NCBI GenBank assembly: GCA_030704615.1
Contig: CM060734.1
Coordinates: forward strand, 24,986,001 to 25,050,000
Direction: 5' to 3'
Source: Takakia lepidozioides
Lineage: Eukaryota; Plantae; Bryophyta
DNA: 64,000 nt
Of this stretch, positions 24,900 through 37,056 are shown piece after piece. The position numbers and the translations under genes were made by a program. Positions within the stretch are counted from its first letter, which is position 1. Each line of letters opens with the position of its first letter. The notes under the pieces are model-generated. The model searched no databases and was not told the origin of the DNA. It saw nothing but the letters and a program-made list of their open reading frames with translations.

Positions 24900-27350
24900 A
24901 TATTACTATTATAGTCCTCCAAGGAAACAATAGTTTAATGAATATTTTCCATTAGTTTATAGGCTCAAAAACAGTATAAAAGAAGGGCAAGGCTTCCCTT
25001 GTTCTTGATCTAGTTCTTCTCTTGCCTTCATCTAGTTTCGTCTCATGTTCTTCACTCTAGTTATTCTCTTGTTTAGTTTCCTCTTTTTTTTGTAGTGTTG
25101 TTAGTTTGAGGCTTGAGGAGGCTAGATCCTAGGGAGTGGAGCTTGAAGCTCCCTAGTTATATAGAATTCTTGTGAGCTAAGGCAATTGGCCTAACTTGTG
25201 GGCCTTTGAGCCAATTTCATTTGTGAAGGAAGAGGGCAATTTCATATAGAGGAAAGTGACTTGAGGACGAGTATGAGGGGCTGGTGTTGACTTATGGACG
25301 AGAGCCCAGTGGAGGCCGCATAGAGTACCATTACTTGAGTCGATAGAGCATCCCAAGCACTCTCGCATAGAAAGGTTGGACCTATCTTACCATTTCACCA
25401 TTTAGGTATGTGATTCATGTATTTTCCAAGCAAAGCTGAATTGAAAATCTGATCAGGCTCTTCAAAAGAGGAGAGTGCTTGTGAATCCATCTATTTCATT
25501 TCAGAATTGACAAGGGGAAGAACCCCATAGCCTATTGGAAAGGGGTACCAATAGAGGCTTGTATTTGAATGGTTTGAAGAATGAATCTTTGTGTTTTGGT
25601 TACTAATTTTGAAATATAGCCAGCTCTGGCAAGGCAGGCCAGTAGGCTGGATCTATGATATCAGGCACTATAAGGCCACTATGTGCTAATTTCCCCCCCA
25701 CTAGCAAGCCATGGAGGCCTAGGGGAGGGTGGGTTGTATTTTTTTGTCTTGGGGTTTGGAGGGCTAATTTCGCTTGACAGCAGCTGCCCCAAGTCGCGAG
25801 CAGCCCGGGAGGAGCCCGGGTGCTGCACCTAGAGAGTAGGCACTCTATTACTAAAAGCATGGAGGCAAGCCGTGGCCCCACCACGACATACGGGAGCGGG
25901 GTCCCCACACCTGACTTAAGTCGTACTGAGATCAAGTACATCAGCCTGGTGGGCTCAGACGTGAGGCCCTGAAAGCGTGCAAGCAGAGGGCGGGTCCTTA
26001 TCCGCAGGATAACCAAAAGTTGAGACGGACCGGCGACGGGCCGTCGTTAAACCGTAGCGTCCCCTTGGCATGGACCGCTACGCGCAGGATCTGCGCCCCG
26101 CCACGTGGCGGGGGCGTTTTATACCCGCGGGCAATGCGTCTACAATTCCCTTAAAGTGGTGTCCATCTTACTTTTAGTTATTAGAATTCCATGTATACCC
26201 CTCTAAGGGTTATGAGCCATTATCTAAGCACCAGTGGTAGATAAAATCTAGGATTTGGGGAGGACCTAGCCTTGGAGTGGAGCGTTCTATGACTCCAAGA
26301 GAGAGCCAAGCGGGCCTGTGAGTAGTTAGCTAGAGGCGGAGACCTGAGAGACAAGAGAGGAGATAAAGTAACTTTGGCCTAAACTCGGCTACAGTGCGCC
26401 TTTGTGTCAGAGCCCAAGGGAGATATGACTTGTTTTTTCCACAGAGGGAAAGCCCACCAGCGCTTAAAATAATAAAGGGGTGAAATCTGGCTTGGACCCC
26501 TAGGGGTTATTTTATTATTTACCCATGCATGTTCTGGACTAACGAATGTAGTGGCAGGGATGCGCTCAACGAGATTCATTCATCCGATAGGACCGCGGCA
26601 GTTCCCCGTGGCAGGGAACGGTTTCCTGGTGTTCATCGTTCTCATTGGGTCCCAGGGCACTTTAGGTGCCAAGGATATCTTTGGATTCCCACATGATTTC
26701 CCATAGGGGAGGTATTTTTCCTGATTTTCTTATTTCTTTTATTTTCCAGCATTTTTGATTGCGAAATTGCTTAAATAGGATAGATGTCACGGGTGGCAAT
26801 GTTAATAGCCTGAAGGCGGTTGATAAATGATTGAACTTATTGAGTTGAGGGGGCTAGAACCACCTTATTGAACTTGGTGAACCTATTGGATTATGATAGG
26901 TATTTTGGCCCCTCATTGCTAAGACAAAATATTTAGGCATTGGTTTTGGTACGTCCGCCTTCCCTATCTCAGAGATGACTTTATTCAGCACTCGGGTGCA
27001 GGAGGGTCATTGGACTCGGAAGAAATTTTCCCTCTTCTTCCTATGCTCGGCAGGTTGCCTTGTGAAGGGATTAAAACAGGTCCTGCTATAGGCGGCTAGG
27101 GGGCCTATGCGTGGTAGGACTTAGACAATAAAAACACAAAGACTTGGAAGACAGTTACTGAGTAGATTGTAGGATACCGTAGACTTAGAAACGCAAACCC
27201 TCCCTGTGAAGAGGATACGTGATTTCTCTTTGCCGGTAGGAGGACTAAATAGTGATTTCCCATACCCCATGTACGTACGCACGGACCCCCTGCACTAACC
27301 GCATCGTAGGCGGTTCAGTGAACCTAACCTACACCGCAACTTAGCACAAC
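24900..27350. repeat. Unclassified repetitive-looking non-coding DNA, possibly LTR-derived
   Basis: TATAAAAG followed by a CT-rich tract at about 24975-25100, GC-rich hairpins (26093-26116), and no credible ORF. Confidence 0.25.
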
Positions 27351-27779
27351 CCCCCTAGACTAATATGCCGTCACCCTGACCGCGCGCGCTCAGTGCTCGT
27401 CAGTAGAGACACAAATTGTGTCACACTTCGGCTCGCCATGTCACCAAAATAAATAAATAAATAAATAAAATGAAGTTTGCATTTCAGTCACTAAAACTAT
27501 CCCTCAAAACTTGGGCACTATTATCAACAAAAAATCGAGCTCCGAGGTCCCTGTTGGTGCTTCCGAGCAGGCCAACAGGCAATTTGGGGAGACATTATGA
27601 CCCTTTGCTCCGCGTAGTCAGGGAGATGTATGAACGAGGGTGGGGCTACACCACAAGTCACTCTGAAGCAAGAGACGTCGTGCAAGGAATAGTTACAATA
27701 TCCTACCACCCAATTACATGTACTGCATTAGCTAATGTGAAAGACAAGGGGGTGGGGGGGCGGGGGGCGTGTGGGGCGG

Positions 27780-30262
27780 GGGCTACAGCATGCTATAGGA
27801 CTTGGAAGCGGGCTCTTCTCCTTTTCCCCTCTCCATGGTGTTCCATCGACTTCCTCAAAACAATTGTATGTATATCATCGACCCTGGATCAAAAACTTTC
27901 TCGTTCATGAAACAAGCTCCCCCATGAAAGCCTGAACTCCTCACTGCAACAGGAGTCAAAGAAGGGTGCAACCCTGACGAGCAGATGGCTTCAAAAGCGG
28001 GTCTGCATGGAAGCCAACATGAAGCAAAAATGAGCGAATGCATAAAAAAAAGACAAAAAAACAGTGCAACTTCACCCCTTCAAAATTGAGTGCGTTGACG
28101 CACTCAATTCTGGAGGGGTGAATAGAAAAATGAAATGAAGCAGACAAGAGAAGAATGCTACCATTTATCGGAGTGGATGATTACCATTTGTCCCGGACAG
28201 TCCCCCTTCATCAGGTATAAGCTGTTGACACCATTCCACCACCATTCTTGGCTGCAAACAGACACTAAAAGAGCCCCCCCCCCCCTCCAAATCGGAAGCT
28301 AATCTCAATGGAAGGACAGACAAAAAAACAGGTATCAGAACCCTCTGAAACTGAGTGCGTCAACGCATTCAGTTTCTGAAAGGGTTTTGATTTTGCCCAG
28401 TGGAAGTAAGGATGCCCAGACCAGCAGCAACATGACTACCATCCAAAACCAGAAGCATGACCTCAGGGGGACGAGCCACAGCTGCGCTTGTGGCCCTTGG
28501 AAACTGTGTGCGTCAACGTACTCAGTTTTGGAGGGCCACAAATGGGAAAATAAAAAAATAAATAAAATAAAATTATTTTTTAATATAAAAAATTATTTAA
28601 AAAAAAGAAAAAGAAAAAGGTTCTTCCTCCTTTCCTGCCTAGAACTGAGTGCGTCAACGCACCCAATTTTCTTCCCCATAAAGGAGCTTCGTAACGCACT
28701 CCATTTTTCGGACACCAATGTGAAGGATTCTCTTCAAGTCCTCTTTGTGCACAATGATACACAAAGAGTTTCATGGTGTGGAATCACCCCCACAACTAGT
28801 GCGTTGACGCACTCTTTTTTGGGGCTCTTTGGACAATAGTATTCTCTTCCATCTCCTCTCTCTCTGATTGATGTTCTATCTGCTGACCTATTTCGATAAA
28901 TGGAGTGAGAGCACCCCTAGAAACTGTGTGCGTCGACGAACTCAATTTTTCTGGAGGTCTTGGGTTGTCTCAAGTTTTTGAATCCTCACATGATGGTTCG
29001 ATTTCTGTCTGTGATTGCCAGAAAAGAGAATAAAATGGCACCCTTGAAAATTGAGTGCGTCAACATGCTCAGTTTTCATAACCTCTCCACAGCCAAAAAT
29101 CAAACAAACACAGACAGATTACCTTCGGTCATTTGTTAGGAGCACCCCCGATGCATTTCCTTCTCTTCTCTTCTTCTCGAAAGAGGCGAATGACAATGGT
29201 TTTGCAGTTGTGCAAGAACATGTCCTAGCAACACGCTTTCAGCTCGACAATGGCACTGTCTTCCTCTAGAGAGATGTGTACTCTGTCAACGGGAAGTTGG
29301 TCAAATACGCATTCCAAAAACTTGATGAAACTGCGCATATTAGTCAGTGGAGAGTTCCTCCAAGAAGATACAGGGTCCTCGGAGCTCCCCACCGGCAGTC
29401 CGTTGGCTCATATATCACACAGGGAACTGCAGCTTCGGTGGTTCAAGACAAAAAAGGATGTGGTGGTGAAAATGGAGACAACAACCTCCACCCCAATCGT
29501 TGAGCTCTTGGACTCGTCGGAGGAGGACGTCTTGAAGAATTTCATCTGCGGTTCATCCACCATTAGTTGTAGAAATGGAAGTTAAAGACATCTGCAGTAT
29601 CATTCCAAAGCTCAAGTCAATGTGAGGGATGGCCGGTTTCAAGAGTGAGTTACGGGGAATTGACTGGGACACTTTCAATATTGAACATGTCGAGTTCCTG
29701 CCAGAGACATTTGATGGGGATATCCTCTTTGAGCTGCCTCCACCTGAGCGAGTTGGAGCTATTTCAAGTCTAATGCAAGGCCCACGGACACCCATGGTGT
29801 AAAACAAAACATCTAATATTCAAAATCCTGACAACCCTCGTATTCAGGAGAACGGTTTGCATGGGCACTGAGGTGCGGAGAATTTGAATAGCAGGCATTT
29901 CCTTCTCCCTGGAGTTCAGAACCAGAGCAAATGGAATGGTGTCATGGACAACCCATTCAAGCCTGGGGAAAGACCTCCAAGCACCAACCCATTTTGCAGA
30001 TCAACATGTTCATTGAGGAGATGGCGGACATGCATCTGAATCGGCGGAGATAGTGCACAATGATGATGTGCAGCAATCTGGAAAAACGAGGAAGAGATTT
30101 GTATTGGCGACGGCCGATGATCTGACACGTGCTCTACAGCAACAACTAGATACCAGGATTGTCTTTCTTGCGGGTGGGGTTGTGTGGCCAAGGGTCTTCG
30201 ACAAGAGTAAGTTGATTTTGCGAGCTGCAAGAAGGTCCATAGAATCCACATCTGCCCAATTG
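27780..30262. mobile_element. Internally deleted MULE copy C: MTase exon remnants (-), palindrome array, transposase fragments (+)
   Basis: Minus-strand exons WWNGVNSLYLM (28255-28185) and TRF..EFRLS..DGTPWRGEKEKSP..IACCS (28002-27780). Seven TGAGTGCG-TCAA-CGCACTCA-type palindromes at 28082, 28348, 28501, 28643, 28794, 28921 and 29047. Plus-strand NDNGFAVVQEHVLATRFQLD, FDGDILFELPP and TADDLTRALQQQ match transposase A. Confidence 0.8.
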
Positions 30263-31410
30263 GTATACCCGATGCAATGCAATGCAGAGATCGTTATACC
30301 TTTGCATGTTGGCATAAATGCTATCTACGTTACGGTTCGACATGCGTGCGACACGTTGCAAGCCTGACAGTGCCCGCTCTACCCGTGCTTCTCTGGGGCC
30401 AAATGGGTCGCACCATTGTACCCAATTCTCCCAATCTCCATTCAATGGGACCCATGCCCGAATCTCCAGCGTTTTTGTGACAAGCGCCATACAGTGCCAT
30501 GGCAAATGTCCCGCTCATTTGTAACACGGTCGACATCTAATATACGGTTCATCTCGGATTCAAATGGCGACCCTCGCACATTCCCCCCGGTTTCCAGTAC
30601 TGGTTCTTTTCATTTCCTTCCTTCTTCTCATTCGCAATTCGCTGTTCCTCACCATGGTTTCATCGGCCACAGGATCAAGGACGTCCGTAATTTCGTGAAT
30701 GATGAGGTCAATACTGCGATCGGGCATCGCAAACTCCGCGTCCATGTCCACGACGTTTGTTTGATCCTTATTGTGGACAACAGTGCCTTCATTGTTTGGA
30801 GGCATGTCTTGCAATCTAGCTTCCAACTCGGCTATGCGTAGTGTTTGCCAATCTAGTTTGTCCTGCAGGGTCCTGATTCGTTGGTCTCTTTCCGCCAGTT
30901 GTTCCGCTAACGTTGCAGCCGATTTATTTCCGAACGTGTCCGGGATGTACTCCAAATCGTCTAGCAACCTTGCGTTCCTCCTACTAGCAGTTTGCCAATT
31001 CACTGGACGCAAGAGTATGACCTACCCACGTATAACATGGTTGCCAAGGTTGTACGATTTGGCCCTTTAAGAGAGGTTGACCCCACAATGTGCAATGTAC
31101 CTCATTCGCCCTATGCTGGAAATGCTCGTGCAAGACCTTGACTCTGCGTAATTGTTTCGGTTTGCACGTCATGCCTATCCAAAGGCCACAATCGATTGAT
31201 TTGGTACCATTTCACGAATTTTTTACATCTCGTCATCGGCCACTTGAACTCTTCCGGAACATCCTCCCAGCCCTCTTCTGCTAGTATGCTAGGATCACCA
31301 TATACTTCCCAATTTCAGTCTTGCCTTGACCTTTTGATTTTCTTAGGGGGCGGTCCATGTTCATTGGGGTCATCTCTTCCATGACGGTCATCGCCCTGGC
31401 CCTCTGCCAT
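30262..31410 (-). pseudogene. Unknown coiled-coil protein gene associated with the hAT element (stops/frameshifts, 3' truncated)
   Basis: ATG at 31410: MAEGQGDD..PPPKKIKRSR (NLS-like)..WEDVPEEFKW..RPVNW..LAEQLAERDQRIRTLQDKL..RIAELEARLQ..; reading continues to the junction at about 30262. Confidence 0.55.
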
Positions 31411-31689
31411 TCTGCAACAATCGGAGCAACACTAAACGAGGATTACTAATAAGATGTAACTCTAAACCCTTCACCATAAACGAGTTTGATTAGTGTCAAA
31501 ATAGTTCCTAAAGCTAGTTTTGTAGAATAATGATCCTGGAAGCCAGAGGAGGGCCTATGGGAGCATTCTGCAACAACGACCTCACAGAATCGCGGCAAAA
31601 AATACCCCCCACCCAGACAATGGTCTCCTTCTCCACGTGACTACGTGTCGGGTGAATAATGAAATGTCGCGCACATAGAAGTTGTGTGG

Positions 31690-32750
31690 AGAGGAAGTGA
31701 GGGGAGAATGAGACTCCCTTGGCTTATATGCCCCCCCTAATCCTCGGGCCACGTGCAGGGCGAAACTTCTAGAAGCGACCGCCATTACTGGGGGTCGCTC
31801 CATTTTCCGGATAAATAAAAAAACTACGACCGCCAAAACGGGCGGTCGCTCCATTTTCCGAAAATAAATAAATAAATCTACCGCCAACATAGGCGGTCGC
31901 TACATTTACAAAGACATTAAGAATTGAAGCGACCGCCAGTAATGGCGGTCGTTCCATTCCAACCAAAATTTTAATTAAAGCGACCGCCAGTAGTGGCGGT
32001 CGATGGTTTACAAAAAAAAAACAATTGCGGCGACCGCCCGTGATGGCGGTCGCTCGATTTTCTTCCAAAAAACAGAGAAGCGACCGCCAGTAATGGCGGT
32101 CGCTGCAATTACAAAAAGCAACAATAGCGGCGACCGCCCTAATGGCGTCACTCACTCGATTTTCCTCCAAAAAATAAAAAAGCGACAATCAGTAACGGCG
32201 GTCGCTTCATTTCAAATAAAATTAAATAAAAGCGACCGCCATGTATCCCCCTCCCTCACCCCCTCATTCCTCGCTCCACGCGCAGGGCAGACCTTGTAGA
32301 AGCGACCGGCACCTTCGCGGTCGCTCTATTTTAAATAAAAAAAATGACCGTCAGTAATGGCGGTCGCTCTGCATTTGTAAAACAAAAACTGCCAGTAATG
32401 GGAAGTGAGGGGAGAATGATTGGAGCTTAATGCCCACTCCCCCCCCTCTCATTCCTCGCTCCAGAGTCCATGCGCAGGGCAGACCTCGTAGAAGGGACCG
32501 CCACCCTTCGTCGTTCCGCTCCATTTTTATAAAATAAAACGACCACCTAATGGCTGTCGCCCCCTTTCCAAAAATAAAAAATATAAGCGACCGCACCTTC
32601 TGGCTCACTCACTGCATTTTAAAAAATACCATTACATAAACAAAGCAAAACATCGACCGCCAGAAATGGCGGTCGCTGCATTTTTTGAAAAACAAAATAC
32701 CATAAGGAAGTGAGGGGCGAATGACTGGTGAGCTTATATGCCCCCCCCCA

Positions 32751-32781
<31 letters not shown>

Positions 32782-33605
32782 CACCCACCCGCCCCCCCCT
32801 CATTCCTCTCTCCACGCGCAGGCAGACCTCGTGTAGTGACCGCCACCTTTGCGGTCGCTCCATTTTTAAAAAAAAAAAACGACCGCCAGTAATGGCGGTC
32901 GCCCCATTTCCAAAAATAAAAAAATATAAGCGGCTTGCCACAAATCATTAAAAAAAATTATAAAAACAACCATTACAGCGACCGCCAGAAATGGGCGGTC
33001 GCTGTATTTTGTAAACAAAAAACTGCCAATAGTAAAAGTGAGGTGATGCATTTTAAAAAATAACCATTACAGAGATCACCAGAAATGGCGGTCGCTGCAT
33101 TTTGTAAAAATAAAATTGCCAGTAATGGAAGTGAGGGTAGAATGACTGGGAGCTTATATTGCCCCCCCCCACCCCCCCCCCCCCCCCCCCCCCCCCTCAT
33201 ATCCTCGCTCCACGCCAGGACAGACCCGTAGAAGCGACCGCCACCTTGGCGTCGCTCCATTTAAAAACAAAAAAAAAGGACCGCCACAAATGGTGGTCGC
33301 TCCATTTCGCAAAAAAAAGAAAAAAAAACGACTGTCAGTAATGGCGGTTGCTACATTTTTAAAAATAACAATTACAGCGACCCCGAGTAATGGCAATCGC
33401 TGCATTTATTAAAAAAAAAAAAAAAACTTCAAGTGACCGCCTCTAATGGAAGTGAGGGGAGAATGAATCCGAGCTTATATGCCCCCCTCCCCCCGCCTCA
33501 CTCCTCGCTCCATGCGCAGGGCACACCTCGTAGAAGCGACTGCCACCTTGGCGGTCGCTCCATTTAAAAATCCCCAAAAAACGACCGCAAAATATGGCGG
33601 TCAAT
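31690..33605. repeat. Left hAT subterminal array: GCGACCGCC-N3-5-GGCGGTCGC palindromes plus higher-order units containing CTTATAT and poly-C
   Basis: Dozens of palindromes with A/T-rich spacers. Higher-order unit GGAAGTGAGGGGAGAATGA..GCTTATATG-C(n) at about 31693, 32401, 32707, 33127 and 33448. Confidence 0.9.
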
Positions 33606-33619
33606 CCATCCTGGAAGTG

Positions 33620-35764
33620 CATCACCCTAACCTCCATTGGGGCACTACCGGTGGCTTCAGCATGTGCGATACGCACTTCTACAAGAAGGTCATCAAAGGT
33701 CAACTGGATATAAGCATCCTCCTCTGTGAATGTAAACAGGTCATACGCATTTTCGGGAGAATCATCGGATCCATCTTCTCTATCGGAGGCATATGATTCC
33801 ATCTGAGGCTCAGTATCATCACTCATCGAATCTACCTCAGAAACAGAGTCTTCGGAATGTAAATTTCTCTCATACCATGCTGCAGCATCATCCACTGCCC
33901 TCTCACGTAGCAGTCGGCAATTGGTATACATATACACCAGTTTGTCAGCCCTCGCGGGATTCAACTTGTTGCGAATCTTGTTGTGAACAAATGAGTAACT
34001 GCTCCAATTGCGTTCGCAAGATGAGGCAGAGCACACTTGAGCAAGAATACACTTCGCAATGGGAGCCAATGTTCTTGCTCCAACTCCAATCAGATCCCAC
34101 CATTCATGTGACAACATATTGAGCTCTTTTGGATTCGGCATGTCTTCAAAAAGGTCGCGGCGATCTGAGAAGCATTGGTACTCGGATATAGCTCTCTCTG
34201 TCATGTTCGGCGGAGCCACTCGCATGAGCACTCACACGAGGCCGGCCTTGGCATCAGCGTCGTCTCGGAGCATGGTATTGTCGAGCAAGAATGGATTGAG
34301 CAAAGCCCCCGCATAATACAAGTCCGTTCAAACCATCGAACGACGGTCGTAAAATGCATCCTCAGCACTGTCCGCAAATTCAGGTTCCAAGGAGAAGGGA
34401 GGATGCCTCAAGAATTGGACGTGCTTCTCAAGATTTTGCATTAGTAACCATTACAGGTTGTTTTCCATCAAACTCCCGCAAGACAATTAACACCGGCTCT
34501 ACCATATAAACAAAATTTTCACATTTCTTCCAGAAATCATCGCTGCGAATGCTATTTCGAACTTTTCGACTTTTGCCCAATGACTTGGCTTTTCTGGAGT
34601 CCCGCAATGTCCGTGTGTACGCATCCCATTGAGGATCGATGATGGTGTGCTCCAGACTGCTCTTCACCGTCACCAACCGATCCACCATCAAGAAGTTAGT
34701 GGCAAAACGAGTTTCGTCTGGATTACGGAGGCTGTATTTGGGTTCGTGCCTCCTATATATTGCCAAAGGAATGTGGTGTGTGCGGATGAATGACACAACA
34801 GTCTTCACTTGCTTAACAAGTTGCTTCACCCACTGTTATTTTCCTCAATTTTCTAATAGGAGGTCAAGGATATGGGCAGCACAACCTTGATAATACATAT
34901 GGGGATAACGTGCCAACAACATGTCTGCATTGTTTCTCATGTTAGCGGCATTGTCTATGCATATTTGCACGATTCTATCACTTCCGACCTGTTCAATGAA
35001 GTCCGTCAATAGTTAGCATTGATAACGTCCATCTTTCTTCTCGCCGCTAGTGTTGACCGATCCCAAGAATTGTTCCCCAGCTGGACATACGAGCATGACA
35101 TTGAACAATGGTCTGTTTGTAACAGAAATCCAACCATCGGCACATATAGTGCTTCCATATTTTTTGATGCACTCGCCCGTCCTATCGTTGACCTTTTGGG
35201 TAAGGCGTCTTCTAGCAATCATGTGCGGAGATTGTGATAAGTCGGAGGCACGTACGTGGATCTGGACTCCGAGGTTGCTCTAACGGCAGAAACAAATGCC
35301 GGAAGCCTTGCCACATTAAATGGTATGTTGGCCTCGAAGAAAAACTGCGTCCATTTTTTATCCAACTGTCTTTTCGCAGACAAGTTAAGACCTTTCTGCA
35401 TGGATTGTTGTCGTAATCCTCTACTCCATTGAAGTGTAGGGGTACAAAGAGGTGTTGAAGCAGGTGTTGCTCCGACACAACCCACTTATTCAAGGACACC
35501 CGAAGCCTCACAGGAGTCGCCCTGGGTACTAATCGGGGCATCCTGACGGGAAGATGGAGTATTCTGCTCAGAGGTCATGTCCAGATCCAAAGACATTGGA
35601 ATATTGCCTCCACACTGGGCAAAGTGGCTTACCCGCATAGATGCTTTAGGGCATAAACCCACCCCAGCGCTCTTCACACCTTTATAGCCGAGGTGAGCGA
35701 GCAACCGATCCTTACGATAAGAAAGCTTTAATCCACCTTCCTCTTGGGCTACACTCTCGTTCAA
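33620..35764 (-). mobile_element. hAT transposase pseudogene (BED remnant, DUF659-type core, hATC dimerisation domain)
   Basis: RLLAHLG..GVGLCP; FFFEANIPFNVAR; TICADGW..RPLFNVM; IDNAANM; CAAHILDLLLE; ETRFATNFLMV; WWDLIG..LAQVCSASSCERNWSSYSFVHNKIRNKL. Stops, frameshifts and a deletion at about 34430. Confidence 0.93.
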
Positions 35765-35949
35765 TGGAAGAGAACATCCAAAGCAATCTCAAGTGTTTGC
35801 GCCAAAAGAAATGAGGAGCTTGGTGACTCTCCTCCTTTATATATGATCCAAGAAGGATAAAAGTGAAATGAAAGTGAAATGAATAAATGACGAACCATTA
35901 GCGCCCACCTGAAAAAGGCTGTACAAACATATTTGTTATAATTTTGAAA

Positions 35950-36900
35950 TTAAGCGACCGCTAATACTACGATCGTTATTTCTATTTTTTATAAAAAACA
36001 AGCGACCGCCACTACTGCGGTCGCTTTTATTTCCTTTCATTTTGTGCAATATTGCGGTCACTTCTATTTTGTATATTTTTAAATTTAACCAGCCGCCTGT
36101 ATGACGGTCGTTATTGTTTTTTATTTCAAAGTATAATGCGACTGCCGGTATGGCGGTCGCTTCATTTGTTAATATATTTAAAATAAAGCGACCGCCAATA
36201 TGGTGGTCGCTTTTATTTTTAATATTTTTTTAAAAACGCGACCGCCAGTAAGGCGGTCACTTTTAATCTTTATATTTTCAAGTTTAAGCGACCTCCAGGC
36301 TGGCGGTCGCTTAAACTTAATATATATTTTAAAATTGACGCGACCGCCGGTTTGGTGGTCGCAAATATTGTACTGTTTTAAAACAAGCGACCACCGGTGT
36401 GGCGGTCGCTTTTATTTTCATATGTCGCTTGTTTTATTTATATAATTTTAAATTTACCGACCGCCATATGGCGGTCATTTGTTTTTCTATATATTTTTTA
36501 AATTAAGCGACCGCCCAATGGCGGTTGCTGTTTTTTATATATATTTTTGAAATTATCCGACCGCCATATTTCGGTCGCTTGTTCTGTACATATTTACAAA
36601 ATTGTGCGACCGCCAATACGGCAGTGGCTTGTTTTCTTTTTTAAATTAGGCGACCGCCAATCTTGTTTTTTGTTAAAAATAAATTGAAGCGACCGCCAAG
36701 ATAGCGGTCACTATTTATTTTTTTAATTCGAAAATAAAGCGACCGCCAGTGCGACCGCCAATCTTGCTTTAAAAAAAATAAAAATCGAAGCAACCGCCAA
36801 TTATGGCGGTCGCTATTTTTTTTTAAATTTCGAAAAACAAAGCGACCGCCATAATTGGCGGTCGCGTTCATTTTGTTAATTTTCAAAATGTATTTGCCAC
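35950..36900. repeat. Right hAT subterminal array of GCGACCGCC-N3-5-GGCGGTCGC palindromes
   Basis: About 18-20 units at about 45-50 bp period with T-rich spacers. Confidence 0.9.
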
Positions 36901-37056
36901 CGCCACCGTGTCGGCGACGTGGCTGCTTAAGTGGCAGTATTTTACCTTGTACTATTTTTACCAGAATATTCCCCGAACCTGACGTGACGGAGGTCCCGTC
37001 AGCGTCAGGTCTGACGTGACTTGACGCTGACGGACGGACGTAACGTTGATAACCGG

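Noticed and set aside
30318-30340. Possible TIR partner (TATCTACGTTACG) of 37037-37052
   Set aside because: Only about 13 bp match, it lies inside the accessory ORF's reading frame, and no TSD was found.
31582-33405. Gly/Pro-rich ORFs in the ORF track
   Set aside because: They are translations of poly-C/G tracts and palindromic repeats.
31690-36900. CRISPR array or parS cluster for the ParB cargo
   Set aside because: The spacers are low-complexity A/T tracts and the arrays flank the hAT transposase on both sides, so they are better explained as hAT subterminal repeats.
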